Assembly (NCBI GenBank): GCA_951406725.2
Contig: OX597826.1
Span: 37,510,001-37,574,000, forward strand
DNA: 64,000 nt
Direction of reading: 5' to 3'
Source of the DNA: Octopus vulgaris
Lineage: Eukaryota
The position numbers and the translations under genes are program-made. The notes under the pieces were generated by a model, which made no database searches, was not told the DNA's origin, and saw only the letters and a list, made by a program, of their open reading frames with translations. The first letter of the stretch is position 1; every line of letters begins with the position of its first letter. Positions 24,901 through 39,964 of the stretch are shown one piece after another.

Positions 24901-25250
24901 CAAATATATAAATGTCTGTGTATATGCATGTATATATATACCTCATATGAATACTTATATAAAGCTTATGATGAAAGTTAGAAATTTGTTATCGTTCTTC
25001 CCATAAATTAAACCGACATGCAACACGATTGCGAAGAGTTAAACATAGTCGTAGTAAGACGCGGTACGATACGATGAAGAAACAATGTTGTAATACACAT
25101 TTGCGTAAGTTCCACATATAGACCGTATAAAATTGTCATCAAATAAATGTAACAATAGACAGACGGTTAAGTGAATATTATGTTTTAATAAAACCTATTC
25201 TCTCTTGGCACGGTTTGTGATGTCCACAAAAAGACACATTGAAGAAAAAA

Positions 25251-25300
<50 letters not shown>

Positions 25301-25509
25301 CAGTTCTTGTTTTGTTTTCGCTTTTATTTCTTTACAAACAGATGAGAATTTTACTTTTAATTTAGAATTCATCTTAGATTTATATCTAGCTCATAATTTT
25401 TCAAAACGATTTTCTTTTTATTTTGGCGCTTAATCTGCTGCGTTTTAATATATGCAGAAGAAGGTGTGGCTTCGGTGATTAGTTGAGGTAGAATCTGGTG
25501 ATGTCGAAT

Positions 25510-25866
<357 letters not shown>

Positions 25867-26334
25867 ATAATTATTACCTTTGAAGGTTTTCATTTCCATG
25901 CTGCCCACCTCATAAGAAATTTAAATAACGATATTGTACATACATTTATGTGTGTGTGTGTGTGTGTGTGTGTTTCTGTATGTTATCTTATATATTAATA
26001 GTCTACAATGATTTATTCTGAGTAATGTATGCGTCGACATGTGCACACACTAAGGCACATACGGACAAGCACACATATACAGTAATACAGATATGTTATC
26101 GGTTCTCTAAACATATGGCTGTATAAATCATTCTCCCATTGCTCTCTCTTCCACTCTCCTCTCCCACTTTTGAGTATATGTGTTTGTACGTGTGCCCGCG
26201 CACGTGCGTGCTCTTCTGTGTGTGCGCGTGTAAGTACGCGAATATTTCAAGGAAAATTCATTTAAAATTATACTTTGTCTTTCATTCATATATGTTTATG
26301 TATGTCGGTATGTGCCAATGTATGCATATGTACG

Positions 26335-26373
<39 letters not shown>

Positions 26374-26407
26374 CCATCTCAACCCACCCTACCCATATAT
26401 ATCTATC

Positions 26408-26441
<34 letters not shown>

Positions 26442-26619
26442 CACACACACACAGATATATATATATATGTAAAAGTATATATATTCGTGTGTGTGTATGT
26501 CTGTGTGTTTGTGTGTGTTTGCGTGTGTGTGTGTGTGAGTGTGTGTCTGCGTGTTTGTCCCCCACCACCTCATGACAACCAGTGCTGGTGTGTTTGCGTC
26601 TCTTCAAGTTAGCGGTTAC

Positions 26620-26652
<33 letters not shown>

Positions 26653-27086
26653 TGTATGTATGTATGTATGTATGTATGTATGTATGTATTTACGTATGTA
26701 TGTATTATACAGTTTGATAGCTAGTTATTCAGTCAGTTAGTTTACTCTCCCGTTAAGGTAGTATCAACAAAAAAGTACTCCATCAAGTTGACATAAATTT
26801 CACTTAATATACACTGCATTAAAATAACAGTCGCTATTAAAATAACAGTTTCTTGCCATTGAGGAACGTAGTTAGCCAGATTTTTAACATGTACCGGGTC
26901 TGAAATCAATCTCTAGACTCTGAGCACGTGGTTTTCTCTAATTGTTAGTTATAAGACTCTGCCTAACTACGTCTCTCATTCGGAAGAGACTATTAGTAGG
27001 TCTTATTTTAATGAAGTGTAAATTAAATTATATATGTGTGCGTCTCTCTCTCTCTTTCTCTCTCCCCCTTTGAATATACATATATC

Positions 27087-27144
<58 letters not shown>

Positions 27145-27198
27145 CACATTTATATATATATATATATGTTAATTGTTAACAAGGTAAAAATACACTCA

Positions 27199-27247
<49 letters not shown>

Positions 27248-27381
27248 CGGAGATGTACATCGCAAGTAATTTGATCTGAGATCGTGTGCTGAAACGAAAA
27301 CAATTGCAGCGTGGAAGGTGTTTATAAGCCATTTAAGAAACACACAAAAGCCGTTCGATTCACTTCAACATTTAAGTTTAA

Positions 27382-27431
27382 TTTGTCAAAATATTTTCGT
27401 CGCTAAAATCCACGACCTGTTCACTGACAAA
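27382..27431 (-). ncRNA. Minimal type I hammerhead motif with G3-C8 core variant
   Basis: Minus: TTTGTCA-GTGAACA-G-GTCG TGGATTTTAG CGAC-GAAA-ATAT-TT-TGACAAA; 7-bp stem I, 4-5-bp stem II, palindromic stem III. Confidence 0.7.
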
Positions 27432-27909
27432 GTCCGTGCTGCTGTATATATATATATATACACACACACAGAAATTTATGCGGCGTACTTTATGTCGTTC
27501 CTATAGTATTTGCCTTGAGAAAATAACTCTTATATATTTGACGCAATAAATGTCAGAGAAAAGAAAAAATGAAAGCTGGTCCCAGCTGCGGTTAGCAATT
27601 GCACCACGTGAAACTGGCCTTTTTGAACTTTTTCAATCGTGAGTACTCGCAGATAGCCTCGTGTTCGGATGAGAATTTGAGAATCTGTGAAAGAGAAAAA
27701 AAAATCATAACATCAGTGAAATCTAAATATACGTTACTTTTTAATTCTATTTGCTTTTTACTTCTATAATCCTATAGCTTAGTTTTTATCTAAAATACAT
27801 ACAGAGTATTTCCTGTTGGTATAAGATTGGTTCCCTTCTACACTGTTAGAAGTGAGACCTTAAATTGATTTCTTCCATATTCTAATGGCGGGTGTCTTTT
27901 TGTTTTTTA

Positions 27910-28147
27910 CCTTTTACTTGTTTCAATGATTAGACTGCTGTCATGCTGGGGCACCGCATTTAAGAATTTTTAGTGGAATGAATCGACGCCGGTGCTTATT
28001 TTTTTAATGCCTGACACTTATTGTACTGGATTTCTTTTGCCGAATCGCTTAGTTACGGGAACGTGAACACACCAGAATCGATTGTCAAGAGGTAGTGGGG
28101 AAAACACAGACACAAACACACACACGCACACAGATAGACAGACAGAC

Positions 28148-28234
<87 letters not shown>

Positions 28235-28352
28235 CAGACAGACATAGGACGAGCCTTTGTTTTGTTTCCATGTACCAAATGTTCTCAAGAGTAGAAGACA
28301 CCTACCTAAGGTGCCAGGTAGTGGAACTGAACCCGTACCACAAAGCTACGCC
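27910..28352 (-). mobile_element. SINE family A copy with internal (AGAT)n expansion
   Basis: TTTTACTTGTTTCA..CATGCTGGGGCACCGC..GCCGAATCGCTTAGTTACGGG..GAAGACAC..AAGGTGCC..GTGGAACTGAACCC. Confidence 0.85.
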
Positions 28353-30856
28353 TAAAGATGAAATATAACTGACTAACTTCCATACTCTTTTACTGCACCA
28401 ATGCAGTAGTACTTGGGAATTAAATCGGTGTCAGAATCTCAATGCGTTTAACGGTCATTAATTAAGCCAAAGGTAGGCATAAGTAAAACTTGATATAAAA
28501 CTTGGTTTCAGAAATTCTTAATTTAGAATATCCGTTGCAACAATGGACCACATCACTAAACGCATTTATCTGTTTCAGGCTGAGATGTAATCATTCTGGA
28601 TTAGTAAATTCCCTTTCATTTCGTGGAGACCATTCAATCAGCGATAATTTTTTTTTTACCGAAATAGCCCTTGTGCCTACATTCAGAAGTTTGCGCATTA
28701 AAATTATTAAAACAGAAAAAAAAAAATGCTATGATAGTGCCTATAAATATTTAGTACTTATTTACCTGATAAAGAAGTTCATGGAGGTCAAGAAAATAGA
28801 GAGAACTAAGTTACATTATAATAACAACAACAATATAGTAAAACAACGATAATATTGATTATTTTAAGCCATTTTTCAGGTTGTAGACAAGATATCAATA
28901 TTTCAATAGAAATAAAATAACACGAATAAAACAGATTATTTCGGTGATTTTAATAATGATAATATTGGTTTCTTTTTTCTGTTGCTGTTTCTAGGAGAAC
29001 AAGCTATTTGAGATGTAATGAAAGTTTCCAAAATATAGTTCGTTTCTCTTTTTTTTTTTTTTTTCTAATTTTATTGAAATAAACAAAAAATGTTGCATTA
29101 TCTGAGCCTCACAGATAGAAAATGAGTGTCTATAAAAAGCTGTTAGTCACAACTTTTGAATTCGCTATTTTTTCTGACCAGGTTCTTTTCTGTAATTGGA
29201 TAGACTTATCCCAGTTTGACAGAGGTGTGCGGCAGACGAGGAACTGAGTATGTTGGAAACTGGGGCGAAAGGACGTTTTTCCACATAGGACGCGTATGAT
29301 GTGATATTCTGTTCTCCTTCTTTGCAGGCGGCAGTGAACGACTTTATCACCCTAATAACAAAGTTAGTACTACTGTTTGGACATTTAAATAGCAAGACAT
29401 AGCAGCTAGGTATTCTTAAATGGACCTTCTTTTACTACAGAATGTACTTATTGAATTATGTAATCCTACACATATCACTCGAAACACAGGATGGTCACTG
29501 ATGGAAAGCTTTTGACAATAGGTCTGCATGAACAGGAATGAGATGGGCCTAAACAACAATGACACCCATGATTATATATTCTTAACGAAGCAACATATAA
29601 TGTATATCGAGGCAATCCTTCTTGTTATTCACGTTCTCTGATCAAATGTTGGCAAGATCAGTTTTACTGTTCGACATACCGGTGGTGTGGATAAATCTAC
29701 GAAATTGGTAAAATGTGAACCATTTTAATTATTGATACACCGCAGTGTGTTGTTTTATATTTCACGAGAAGAACAGAAGAGTCGATGAATATTCTTATGG
29801 TGTCTCGACACGCAATAGAAGAAGTGAACGGAGAAGGCAGTCATGGTTAGACCAGAAATATTGACTGAATGCTTCTAATGGAGTAAAGCTCAGTAAATTT
29901 CCGAAGAAGTTAAATGGTAGAATTAAACCGATTGTTGCATCAGGTTTACTAAGCAACAAGAGAACTTATTTCTCTGATCTTCCTTCCAGATTCTGTCTAT
30001 GGAATTTTTCTACCAAACCAAGGGTATTGTACAACATGTACTCTTAAAGTTGGCGTAGCGGAATACTACGTCCAGGAATCAACTTTGTAAGACGTTAACT
30101 GCTTAACTGCAATAAATGTTGCTAATATTAAATGAAAGTGTTCGACTAGAATCTTGCTTGGAATATAGTATTTGGTCATTTCTTCTCTTGATACTGCAGG
30201 AATAAAAATCACGTGGATCTCTGTATCATGTAAAAAAACGTATGTAATTTGATTTGAATTCCAGTAATTCCTTTGGGAAAAGGTATAGATATAAGGCTCG
30301 CTGCCAATTCCAAATAAATCAATGCACAATAGGAAAGTAAAGCAAAACCAATAAAGCGAAAAACGAAATAGTCTTGAAGAACATGCGAAGATTCCATTAA
30401 TTCTAGGAGAAGAATTAGTTGATATTTTAATGATAACACTTGAATATAATATTTTGTATCAGCTACCGAATCTTCAAGTAAAGAATTCAACTGTAACAGC
30501 AAATTAAAAAAAAAAACCTTTAAAATTTAAATATCTCTTTATATTAGATTTTGTTGAGTTTTATTTTCTTGGAACAGCGAAAACAGAATAAATAGCAATA
30601 CTGATATAGAATAATGGGTTAATGTTTTGTTGCAATAATGGCTGGAATTAGACTTCACAGAACTAAAGATGTTGCATCAAAGGCAATAATCGCTACTTTA
30701 TTCAGCATACAGCCATTCTTCTCATTCTTGACAATATTACAATTCATATGGCCAGCTTATTATTGTTAATATCACATTTTGTTGTTTATATTACTGTTAT
30801 TGCATATATTATTGTTATTATTGCAGGTATTAGCATGTTTTATACGCACATATATT

Positions 30857-30857
<1 letters not shown>

Positions 30858-30920
<63 letters not shown>

Positions 30921-31015
30921 ACATAAATACATATGCATGTAATTTACTATTATTTTTATTCTTCTCCTCAATATTGTTGTTCTTATTGTTAATAATAATA
31001 ATAATGATGATGATG

Positions 31016-31070
<55 letters not shown>

Positions 31071-31083
31071 TAGTAATAATAAT
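30858..31083. repeat. (CA)n and (AAT)n microsatellites
   Basis: Read directly. Confidence 0.9.
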
Positions 31084-31534
31084 CACCATTGTAATCCTAT
31101 TATATTTGTTGTTGAAATTGATACAGTTGTTGTTGTTGTGATTTTTCACAACTAATTTCAAGAATTTACAAACGCCAAATAAAGCATTAATGTTGTTTTC
31201 GCCATTCAACTTTGGTTGTTCGTAAAAATTTGCAGAGAATATTCGCAAAAGATATTAATCTTTATGTTTGCTCATGTCGTTTGCTAGAGGATGTATTTAA
31301 GCATTAGGAACACAATGCAGTTTTAGTATCTCTGTTGTTAATGTCTTGATATTTACATTGCAGGTAGGAAATGATTTATCAATTACATATATCTGGTTTT
31401 TAGTCGTCAAATAAAAGGAAACCGCAGTGGCTGAGTAGTTAAAGTGTTACACACTTTTCCTCTACTTAGCGGTTTCAAATCAGATTCTAGATCTGTTGCA
31501 GTGATTTATATAACTAGAGAGCTTACCTTCGGCC

Positions 31535-31751
31535 TTTTAATTGTTCTGGTCAATGAACTGTGGCCATGCTGAGTCAATACTTTGAAGTTTCAGTCGAACC
31601 AATTGACCCCCTTGCTTAATTTAAGTTTGGTACGTATTCTTTGAGCTTACTTAGCTGAACCCTCGGGGTAACGGGTATGTAAACAAACCAATACCAGATG
31701 TAAAGCGATAGGGAGCCAAACACAAACGTGTGTGCGTTGTGACGCGCTGTC

Positions 31752-31822
<71 letters not shown>

Positions 31823-31948
31823 ACTGGCAAGGCATAGATCAGCCGAGCCTATAATATAAAACTCCCGAGTTGCCGTTAGGTGGGACTGAACACGAAACTA
31901 TATGTTTGCAAAGCTAACTTCTGAACCACTCAGTCAAACCTGGGCCTG
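31535..31948 (-). mobile_element. SINE family A copy, diverged
   Basis: ACTGTGGCCATGCTG tail, internal (TA)/(TG), GTGGGACTGAAC head. Confidence 0.75.
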
Positions 31949-32009
31949 TAAATCTTTATCACGTGATCAACAAGTCAAGCACCGTTTCGACAGCAGTTCG
32001 TCTAACTTT

Positions 32010-32215
32010 AAAATGTAGAGTTGAGGCACAACGCGGGAAATTTTGAGGGGAGGATAGGCAAGTTCATTTCTTCGAGCAGAATACTTGGCTGTTACTAAAT
32101 TTTATTAACCTTGAACGGATAAAAAGCAGCGTTAATCTTATCGGCATTTGTATCCAGAAGGAAAAGAATCGAAACAAATCCTGCCAGGCATATTTCCGGC
32201 ATTTCTACCGATTCT
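32010..32215 (-). mobile_element. SINE family B copy, diverged
   Basis: Reverse complement resembles 38645-38845 (AGGCACAA..TTTATT.ACC..GAACGGAT.AAA..TCTACCGATTCT). Confidence 0.6.
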
Positions 32216-33122
32216 TCATTTCTAACATTGACACACTATTAGATATTTTGGAAGGACGCATAATCGATAGAATCGACTCTACACCATAAATACTTTAATC
32301 TATCGCTCCTGGCTGGATGAAATAGAAAGTTTGCCTGGGCTGCATAATATTAGGGCAGGGCAGAAAAGGCATTCAGTAAGACATTTTGTCAGATGCTATA
32401 AAACAAATCAAGTAAATGATCAAATCACCATTCAATATCAACTATTTTCTATCTTCAATATGATAACCAGTTACACTTTTAACAATACCAATTTCATCAT
32501 CATCAACATCATCATCATCATCATCACCAACATCATTATCATCAATATCTTTAGCACCATCGTCGCCATTTACGGCATAAAATGTTCAAGTCAATACAAT
32601 TGATTTAATAAGCAAAACTAAAGAGCAGAATCCGAATATTTAAATTTTCGATCAAAATCTTTGTTACCAATATTTTATCAATAAAACTTAATAGGGAATG
32701 AACCCTCCGGCTAAATATCTAGTTGTATGTACGTATGTATATGTATTTGTGTGTGCGCGCGTCTGTGTGTTTATGTGTGTGTATGTGTGTATTATGTATG
32801 TGTATATATACACATTACATACAAGCATACATACAGACAGACATAGCTTTTCTTTCAGAAGTGTAGGCATGATGTATTACATTGACAAAATACCTGTTTT
32901 TTATGTAGACGTTTTGAACAATATAGAAACGTTTACCTTACCGCATCTCAACAAGTGTTGGTATAGTAGTGAAAATTCTTTCTAGCTTTGTTAAGGAGTA
33001 TATATTCCGTTTGTGTAACTAAATTTTAATCAAGTTGAAGTGACATACACGAATACGGGCTCACAATTGTTGATCACGGCGAAGCGAAACGTAGGCTTTT
33101 GTTTTCCATGTAATCCTACAAA

Positions 33123-33315
33123 AAGGCGGCGAGCTGGCAGAATCGTTAGCACACCGAGTTGAATGCTTCACGACATTTTGTCTGTCCCTATGCTCTGAGT
33201 TCAAATTCTATCTTTCATCCTTTAGGTGTCGATAAACGAAGAACCAATGAAGTATTGGATGGATGTAATTGACTAGCCCCAAAATTTCAGGCCCTGCGCC
33301 TATAATAGAACTGAT
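33123..33315 (+). mobile_element. SINE family B (tRNA-derived head, TTTCATCCTTT..GTCGATAAA body)
   Basis: GGCGGCGAGCTGGCAGAATCGTTAGC (A box), GAGTTCAAATTC (B box), conserved central motif. Confidence 0.85.
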
Positions 33316-35492
33316 TAATAATAGAAAATACCTAAAACTAGATAAATGGTGATATTATTTATCACATCCTAGTGTTATCGATATTATAATCCCAAACGCA
33401 GGCAGGTTTAATATAATTTTGTTTAGAATAGATTTCTATTTCTTCGAATGGCAACTGGGAGAAGTTTACTATAAAACGCATTAAATGAGATTACAGACAC
33501 ATACGAACGTCATTAATTCAAATATGCTTAATTTTAATTAGGATGTAAGTTTGTAAGAATAGCGATGGTGTCCGATTCCTTAAGTTGATGGTAGTAGACA
33601 AGTTTAACCGGCTTGTTACTTTCGCGTGGTTCGGTGATTTGCTGTTGACTGTCTATTTACTGCTTTGTGGGGGAGAATATCTGATATATTTTGCACAGGG
33701 AATTATATTGATACAGTGACTGCTGGTGAACTTCATGGACACGTTGACAACTAGTTAGCGTAAATGACATGCTGAGTAACATACTAAGTGACTGGAACAT
33801 AACTGTCGCATGTTTTCGTGTGAATATGTATTCGGCCGTATTTGTTATGTCGTTATTTAAGCACAGGTTAGCAGTGAAAAACAGGCGCTCTGGGTCTAGC
33901 CATTCCGTTTTAATTGAAACAGCTTAAGATTACAATTTCCAATATATTTCCTATATTTTATTTTTCATGGCGGTTGGACTAAGGTACCAGAGAGACTTAG
34001 CTCCTATTCTTAGCCGATTAATCGTTGAAGCTACGTACCCCCTACCACAGAATAGTGTGTGGGGAGGTTTCGTATTGACAAATAAAATGCTTTTTGACGT
34101 TTTCCGTTTTTTGACAATTATCTTTTCAAAGGTTAGTTCCATTCATTTTATTCAAAACGCAGGATCAACTTCGCTAAAAATGTAGATTATTTCCTTTAAA
34201 AGTGTGACAATAGACATTACAAATGTTTATGAGAGACTGACATTAAAGGTTAAAATAACTAGTGACTTGACACTAAGTGACAATCAGTGACTACATATTA
34301 TGTGAGAGATGGTGTAGAGGTGATGGTGAAACTAATCCCTTTAAAAGCTTAATAATTCTGGAAATATCTTCTTCTACGAGTATCCATTACCAATGTTATT
34401 ATTTAATAATGTAGCGAAGAACGGAGTCATATTCTGGTGGTTCGCACAGCATGAACAATATTTGATTCGCAAAGTGAAAAAGAACGTTTACTAAAATTGG
34501 TTGACTGCGATGGAGCGATGGTGTTTATACATGAAAACCACATACTTTTAAAGCAACAAGTGGTAAAAAATCGAACACTCCATCAATAAATTACACATCT
34601 GTTTTGGCTAGAAGGTAAAACACTTAAAACCTGACTAGAAGTTTAACAGTTGGAAATGACAATAAAACCGCATGAAAGATATTTCATTAACACGACCCAT
34701 TAATCTTTGAAAAAGACCATGTTTTAGTACTCGGCTGCAGTCTGTTTAGAAACTCTTCTTTCTACATCCATTCAAATCAAAATCCAAATGACCATTCATT
34801 AATTTCTTTAACTACCAACCCTGCCATAACGAAATCTATGATCAATATATATTGCTGTTGCTTTTTCATTTTCTTTTTTTTTTTTTGTTATTCACTGGAT
34901 TTTTTTCTTTGATAATTTTCTGTAGAGATTTCTTTTACGTAGTCTAGGTCATGCATGATTTTAATTCCTTTCACTAAACAAACTTTGGCCTTTTTTTCCC
35001 TTCCAATCTGACCATTTACAGAAAATAATAAATTTAAGAGGAAATAAATAGAAGAAATGAGAATTAGAATTTTCATCTTTTCTGCCTATTTTCCCTCTCT
35101 ACATCTTTCTCTTCGTGGCTACTACTGCTACTGCTACCATAGAATTTAGTTCTCATTTATTTGTTTGCCCTGTCATTGCAACAACATTTTTCGAAAAATC
35201 GTTTTTGCTTTTAGTTGATTTTTTTATGAGATAGTAATACCTTTTTTTTTTATCTTTACTAACAACTTCCTGCAACAAAATTCTGGAGATCAAAACTCTT
35301 TTACTCTTTGACACCTTTTCTGTATCAATCATTTTAACCTAAATTTCCTGCTGCTAACCAATGCTTTAGCGAGGAAATTTTAACTACCACCCACCATTCC
35401 AATTATTCATCTGCAACTGGGCAGGGGTCATACTAGAAATAAAACAAAACAAACAGAAGACACATATATACACAAGTAAATACTAACAATTC

Positions 35493-35530
<38 letters not shown>

Positions 35531-36029
35531 GCAATAATAATAATAGCAATAATAAAAACGGAGATGTCTAACATTTTTATGAGTTGTGCAAAGCAAAATA
35601 TAAATTTTGTACAAACCATAAAAATAATCTGGATCTAAAAGATTTTAGACAGAAATATGGGAATAGGAAAAAGTGAGAGTGATAAAACAACATAAAAGTA
35701 ATGAAAGTTTCATTAAATTTAGTCCTACTCAATGACAAGTGATCACTAATGATTATTTTAATTAGCAGTGGAATTAATGAAACATATTTGCTGTTCAAAA
35801 GTTGACGAAAATTAGCATCTTTAATTTTTCTCAAATAACTGGTTTATTAGTGTTTTGCTAAAACAGCCTGACTTTTAGAAAAAAATATGGTTACATGATG
35901 TGCATGCCTTTCTACTTCTATTAAACATGTAGAATTTTTTTAAAGTGAAAACATTAATTTCAATCGGTAATCGAAACTAGTTAGTGAATCGACATCCAAC
36001 TTATAGATTTTTGTTTTGTATTATCAATG

Positions 36030-36690
36030 AAGTCTGTTTGGAGTCGATAAAATAAGTATCAACTGAGCACTTAGGTTGATGTTATCGACTATCCTCTTGC
36101 CCGCCAAAACTTTTATTTCTTGTGCCTACACAAGAGAACCTAGTAAAGAAGTCGAGGGATTGACAAAATCGTTCGAGCGTCGGACGAAATCCCTGGCGTC
36201 ATTTCTTCCGACATTTTATGTTCTGAGTTCAAACACGTCGAGGGCTAGCTTTTCATTTCATGTAATTGTGCTCATGTAATTGCAAAATTCATTAAATATT
36301 TTGGCTAACGTGCCCTAAATTCGATACAATTATTAGAAAAACTACAACACCATCAATAATGATAATTTGTGGTCGCTTGAGCAACAACGCATAACAGCCA
36401 AATATCCTTCAAATTACACCTCTTACTTATAAAGGGACAGAAACATCGAATAATGTATTCGCAGATATCCTTAAAACACAAACAAGTCTAGTCTTCCCGA
36501 TCGGGTAAACAAGAAAAAAAAGAAATTCGACTACTTAGGCAATAGACTAGCATAAGAGTTGGTGCATCGAACCGACAAGTATGGCCGTATTTCATGACAG
36601 TAACTTACCTTCTGAGTTCTAATCTCCTCGAAGTCATCTTTGCGATCCACACTTCCGAAGATCGATAAAGTGCCACCAAGTGCTGGACAA
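36030..36690 (+). mobile_element. Cluster of old SINE family B fragments
   Basis: GTCGATAAAATAAGTA at about 36043; TTCTGAGTTCAAA at about 36221; TCTGAGTTCTAAT..CTTCCGAAGATCGATAAA at 36610-36670. Confidence 0.6.
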
Positions 36691-37419
36691 ATTTCTAATC
36701 AGGTAAAACACCTGAATTGCTAATCAAATAATAATACAAGGCAAGAGAACTACTTCGTTCTGGTTATTGTAGTTATAGTTACAACGCAGACAGAATATTT
36801 GTTAAAAGTACGTAATTTACAGAGCTTCAATTTATTTATGTAGACGGCAGAGAACATGTGAATAGATACAGTCCATTGGTAGATATGATCAAGATATTGA
36901 ACAATGCACTAGCGTTGCGACAGTGTACAGAGCTCGGTCTTGAACGTACGTTATAACAAATCGCATGTTGTAGAGAAAAGAAATGTTCGATTATGTTGTG
37001 CCGATTCCAATATTTCTCGCTTGCATCTCAACCAATCTTGCTACAGTTCCCTGTCTGACACCTATCAAAGGTGATGGCTTAGTGTACTTCTGGCAAATTT
37101 CGTAGGAGTGTTAGCAGATTAACAGTAGCATTAACAATAATATAAATAGAACAGTTGTTCTAAAAGTAAACTTAAGCAACGTTTCCACAAGCCATCGCTG
37201 TATGGTTCGTGCCAAGACAGTTTCAATTGTTTTAAGAAGTATTAGTAACAAAGATAACATATGTGAAATAGTGTCTATTTTTAGCGAAGCAAAATTCTTT
37301 ACACTGAAATGTATCAAATATGAGGCTCCAGAATGTTTCATCTTTTCGGAATGGTAAGTGCAGCATGCAGTAGTAGAGTTGATGATTATTCTCTACAATT
37401 TCATGATTATTGTTGCAGC

Positions 37420-38460
37420 ACTGCTATCTTGTCTTTCTTGAACTCAAAAAGGAAAAACAACAAAGCACTTCTCAATTTTGCAGTGCTCCCTCCAGCTAAG
37501 TTTTACTATATTGATGTAACTACCCGTGCACTTATACCTTTCTTCTCCAAATGTCTTTATGGCTGCCCCAATTTCCAGCTTCATCCCATGGCTTCTCCTC
37601 ACTGTTCCTCTTTTTAGAACCACTATACCACACTTTTCGATCTCGAATTACATCCTAACAATCTTGCTAACCATCTGAGCTGTGGACATCAAACTAGCAA
37701 TCATTCTCTCATTCTTTTGAAAAAAGCTTAGGTTATTTATAACCAACATGTTATTTTTACATTGCTTAGAAAGTACCCTACGCACATCTTTAATTGTTCC
37801 AGATATCAGCTGATGATAAATAGAAGGGTAGATAGGTTGTCTCCTTGGAAAATTCCTCTTTACTATTTCCCTCTCTTAGCATCTCACCACACGCTGTGAG
37901 TTCAGTTCTCCAGGTCGCCATTGAGCTTTGCATGAACTTCACATTGTTATCATAGATGTTAAATAGACTTTCTTCGAATCCACCCATGCAATGATCATAT
38001 TTTTGTGTCTCTTCTTGCAGTCAGTCAAGACAGTCTTATCTATTATCAATTGATCCTTAATCCCTCTGCTCTTGCCTCTACACTCTTTTTGTTTTGCTGC
38101 TCATTCTTTTCTAGATAACTGTAAATGCTGTTTGGGATAACGCTCATCATCCATCGATTTCCACATAAATGACAAACAAGATATTGGTTGAAAATTTCCT
38201 ACCGCATTCCCTATATTTGGCTTTTACAGATATAATACCGATTTACTCTTTGTCACCCTTGCCGACACCTGGATCCTATTGGTTATCATTTTGTCCATCT
38301 AGCTCACCCTTATTTTGCTTAGCACTGCTAGTTTCGTCAGACAAAACACTAGATCCCCATCTAGACCAGGTGATTCCTATTTAAGTAATTTCTTGCACTG
38401 ATTTCTAACCATTTACTAAGGGATTCACAAATTCTCCTCTTAATACTCTTCATTCTCCTC
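37420..38460 (-). mobile_element. R4/Dong LINE RT region, decayed and internally deleted
   Basis: [70 protein letters not shown]-like. Confidence 0.85.
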
Positions 38461-38496
38461 TTTGCGTTACCATAACCACTCCAGTTCAGTGCTTCT

Positions 38497-38535
38497 ATTA
38501 TTGTTGTTGTTGTTATCATCATTATCGGTACAACA

Positions 38536-38583
<48 letters not shown>

Positions 38584-38605
38584 GCTACTACTACTACTGC
38601 TGCTG

Positions 38606-38643
<38 letters not shown>
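38497..38643. repeat. (TTG)/(TTA) and (CTA)n microsatellite
   Basis: Read directly. Confidence 0.95.
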
Positions 38644-38644
<1 letters not shown>

Positions 38645-38845
38645 AGGCGGTGAACAGCAGAATCGTTAGAACGCCGGGCAAAAATGCTTAGCAGCATTTC
38701 GTCCATATTTACGATCTGTGTTCAATTTCCGTTGAGGTCGACTTTGACATTCATCCTTTCGGGCCCGAATAAAATAAATACCAGATAAGTACTGAGGCCG
38801 ATGTAACAGACATACCCCGAAATTGCTGGCCTTGTGCCAAAATCA
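38645..38845 (+). mobile_element. SINE family B copy
   Basis: AGGCGGTGAACAGCAGAATCGTTAG..GTGTTCAATTTCC..GAGGTCGACTTTG.CATTCATCCTTTCGGG..ATAAAATAAATACCAG. Confidence 0.85.
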
Positions 38846-39204
38846 TATTAATCTTATTACATTTATAATAGCATTTAACCCAATGTTTCAAGCGATAATT
38901 ATTAAGTGGATTGTGTAGTAATAAACCATAATAGCTCAGCTCTGGGGTAACATATTTTAGAAAATCATAATGCAGAATGTAACATTGTTTCAGATATTGC
39001 TAGTAGTTACATCCAGAGACGCTTGATAGATGGCACATTTATCAGGCAAAATGAGAAAGAAGCTTGGGGAAGGTTCGACAGTGTATTATTTGAGTTAATG
39101 ATGCGCATGGCGTATTTCAAATTGGAAGGCAATATTTCAGAGTAAAGCTTAATGCCATTGGGAGAATTTGGTAGGAAGATGAGAATGATGCATGCATTTA
39201 AGGC

Positions 39205-39246
39205 ATACAAATATATATGCGCGCATATATATATATATACATATAC

Positions 39247-39306
<60 letters not shown>

Positions 39307-39433
39307 ATATATATATATATATACATATATACGCATATATGTTTGTACTTATACATATGCATATATATATGTATACACATATATATACACATATACACAC
39401 ATTTATAACATATTATAAATATGTATGTATATA

Positions 39434-39485
<52 letters not shown>

Positions 39486-39575
39486 TATATACATATACAT
39501 ATATACATACAAATATGTAAGTATGATTGCACGTATATATGTATCTGTTTCATATATATGTGTGTGTGTGTGTGT
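39205..39575. repeat. TA-rich low-complexity tract
   Basis: Read directly. Confidence 0.9.
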
Positions 39576-39811
39576 AGTCATGTTATATATTGCAGGGGTT
39601 TATTTAGATTGTCCAACCTCAGGAAAGGAATCCCATCATTTCTTTATTGACCTATTTTCCATAACAGCGAATCTATTTGTCAGGCACTTTTACCATTATT
39701 TGGTTGTTGTTGATTTTTTTTTTGTCACTGGGCTTACCATATAAATTAGATTTCGTAACGCATGCATAAAGACATAGTTGGATAATAATTATAGCAGCAG
39801 CAGCGGTAGCA

Positions 39812-39879
<68 letters not shown>

Positions 39880-39964
39880 TGTAGTGGCGGTGGTGGTGCT
39901 GTAGGTGCTGGTGATAATATCGGAGATGTTGGTGGATTTAGTGATGATGATGGTGATGATGATG

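Noticed and set aside
39640-39695. Hammerhead-like CTGACAA..GAAA..GTC on the minus strand
   Set aside because: Core mutated and stems I and III do not pair
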